Positions 62,877 to 64,000 of a DNA stretch of 64,000 bases are shown piece after piece. This DNA is from Macrostomum lignano. Lineage: Eukaryota. Numbering within the stretch: position 1 is the first letter of the stretch; each line of letters opens with the position of its first letter. The position numbers and the translations under genes were made by a program. The notes beneath the pieces are model-generated. The model saw nothing but the letters and a program-made list of their open reading frames with translations. It did no database searches and was not told the origin of the DNA. The DNA lies in NCBI GenBank assembly GCA_002269645.1, contig NIVC01000027.1:434001-498000 (forward strand). The letters run 5' to 3'.

Positions 62877-64000
62877 TTACTTGACCTGAAAAGCGAGTAG
62901 TTGATGCTCTAGTTTGTTCCTAGTACCTGACAGATCGCTTTCCTCAAACCAGATCCGCTCAGATCTTCGTATTGACGTCGAAATCTTTGGGTCTTGTAGT
63001 TGACATACTTCATGGCGTTGAAGCCACGAAACATCTTCGACTTCAGGAAAGTGAAAGTGCGGCATTCCACGAGCTCGCCAGTCTGCCAGGCTCAGAGATA
63101 GGTAGGCAACCTTCAGCTCGTGCCCACTGTCGATGCTTCGCAGCTCGCTGACTTTTCCTAGGTAGAATTTCCAGGAATTGCCGATCGTTGCAACTGCCGC
63201 GAGAACCCAAGCGCCCGGATTAATTTCTGGAAGCTTCATAGTTCGAATCACGCCACTGCTAGCGTCTGTTCCAGCCGAGTCACAGCTAGTGTCCGTTGCA
63301 CTTGGCCCTGCGGCAGAACCTAAGCTGGCGCACTGTACAGACAACAGCGGCATGTAATGATGCTCTGGAATGTGAGCCACCAGTAGAGGACCACCGGTCG
63401 GCTTCGTCTGCAATGGTTCAATAACTACAGATGGCTTTGGTGTGGCATGCAAGTTCTTGACTTTTTCCAACGCAGTGGGTTGGAAAATATGAATTTCACG
63501 CTTCAATATATAGCTAGTAGACAGCACTACAATATTGTCGACGTAGGAAGATGGCTTGCGCATGTTGTCCAGGTAGGTAATCAGATCCATCCCAGATTCG
63601 TTGAAGTCTGAAATAGAAACCTTCAAAAATTCTGGGTTCATTAGTTCGGTGCACGCCAAAGTGCGGAGTCTTATAGAGTTTTCAACAATGCCTTCCTGGG
63701 AAAGCAGTTGGCAAATAGAGTCAAAAAAGCAACTGCCATCAGCAGCAGCATCACCCAAGATGCACCCTAGCCTCTCGCCAATCAAGCGCAGTTTAGATTT
63801 TGCATTCTGCAATTCAGCCACTGGATTGAGACTTCTAATCTGGGCCATCTTCTGTAGCTGCCGCTGCTGTGCTGCTGTGGCCTTGTTTTTTCGCTTCAGC
63901 TGGCGCTCCTTGGCATTTTGATCGCGCCGATCGTCGATTTCTCGCTTCTGGATTTCTCTTTGACGGAGAACTTCCAGAAACTTCGGGCTGGTCAATTCAG
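62877..64000 (-). CDS. 5'-truncated ORF with an OTU cysteine-protease domain, an upstream coiled coil and a C-terminal Tudor/SH3-like region
   Basis: The frame is open to the window edge (GAA precedes the TTG at 63995). OTU motifs ADGSCFFDSI (D-x-x-C) and HHYMPL (His). Confidence 0.75.
   Translation of the reverse strand, partial: ELTSPKFLEVLRQREIQKREIDDRRDQNAKERQLKRKNKATAAQQRQLQKMAQIRSLNPVAELQNAKSKLRLIGERLGCILGDAAADGSCFFDSICQLLSQEGIVENSIRLRTLACTELMNPEFLKVSISDFNESGMDLITYLDNMRKPSSYVDNIVVLSTSYILKREIHIFQPTALEKVKNLHATPKPSVVIEPLQTKPTGGPLLVAHIPEHHYMPLLSVQCASLGSAAGPSATDTSCDSAGTDASSGVIRTMKLPEINPGAWVLAAVATIGNSWKFYLGKVSELRSIDSGHELKVAYLSLSLADWRARGMPHFHFPEVEDVSWLQRHEVCQLQDPKISTSIRRSERIWFEESDLSGTRNKLEHQLLAFQVK

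Overview
Eukaryotic, intron-containing animal DNA. The style (many unrelated intronic and intergenic minisatellites, GC-rich exons, AG acceptors next to start codons) suggests a Macrostomum-like flatworm; this is inference and was not verified. Host genes: a GT32-type glycosyltransferase (+, 5' end not found), a same-strand (-) cluster of a 767-aa low-complexity ORF, spinster (MFS), MRPL50 and SREK1IP1, and a 2174-aa DUF4062-NACHT (NWD-like) protein (+) with a C-terminal Dpy-30-like motif. Mobile elements: (1) a 10,061-bp Ty3/gypsy LTR retrotransposon (19996-30056) inside spinster intron 1, with apparently identical 867-bp LTRs, a CTTG TSD and a perfect tRNA-Lys3 PBS. It carries an extra intact J-domain (DnaJ/HPD) ORF in the env position with a splice acceptor touching its ATG, the top candidate for an undescribed system. 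(2) An apparently complete, intron-containing Crypton-type tyrosine-recombinase element (~37767-40016). Its ends are defined by splitting a host repeat and by repeated GCAATG/CATTGC motifs plus a ~53-bp hairpin. A second decayed Crypton lies at ~48690-49200. (3) A 4.56-kb Mag-type LTR element (42896-47456). (4) A hAT-type MITE, a CORE-SINE and a truncated OTU-domain ORF at the right edge. About 16 tandem arrays are present, including a 184-bp satellite. There is no CRISPR, rRNA or intact tRNA. Coordinates were counted by hand; repeat edges may be off by a few bases.
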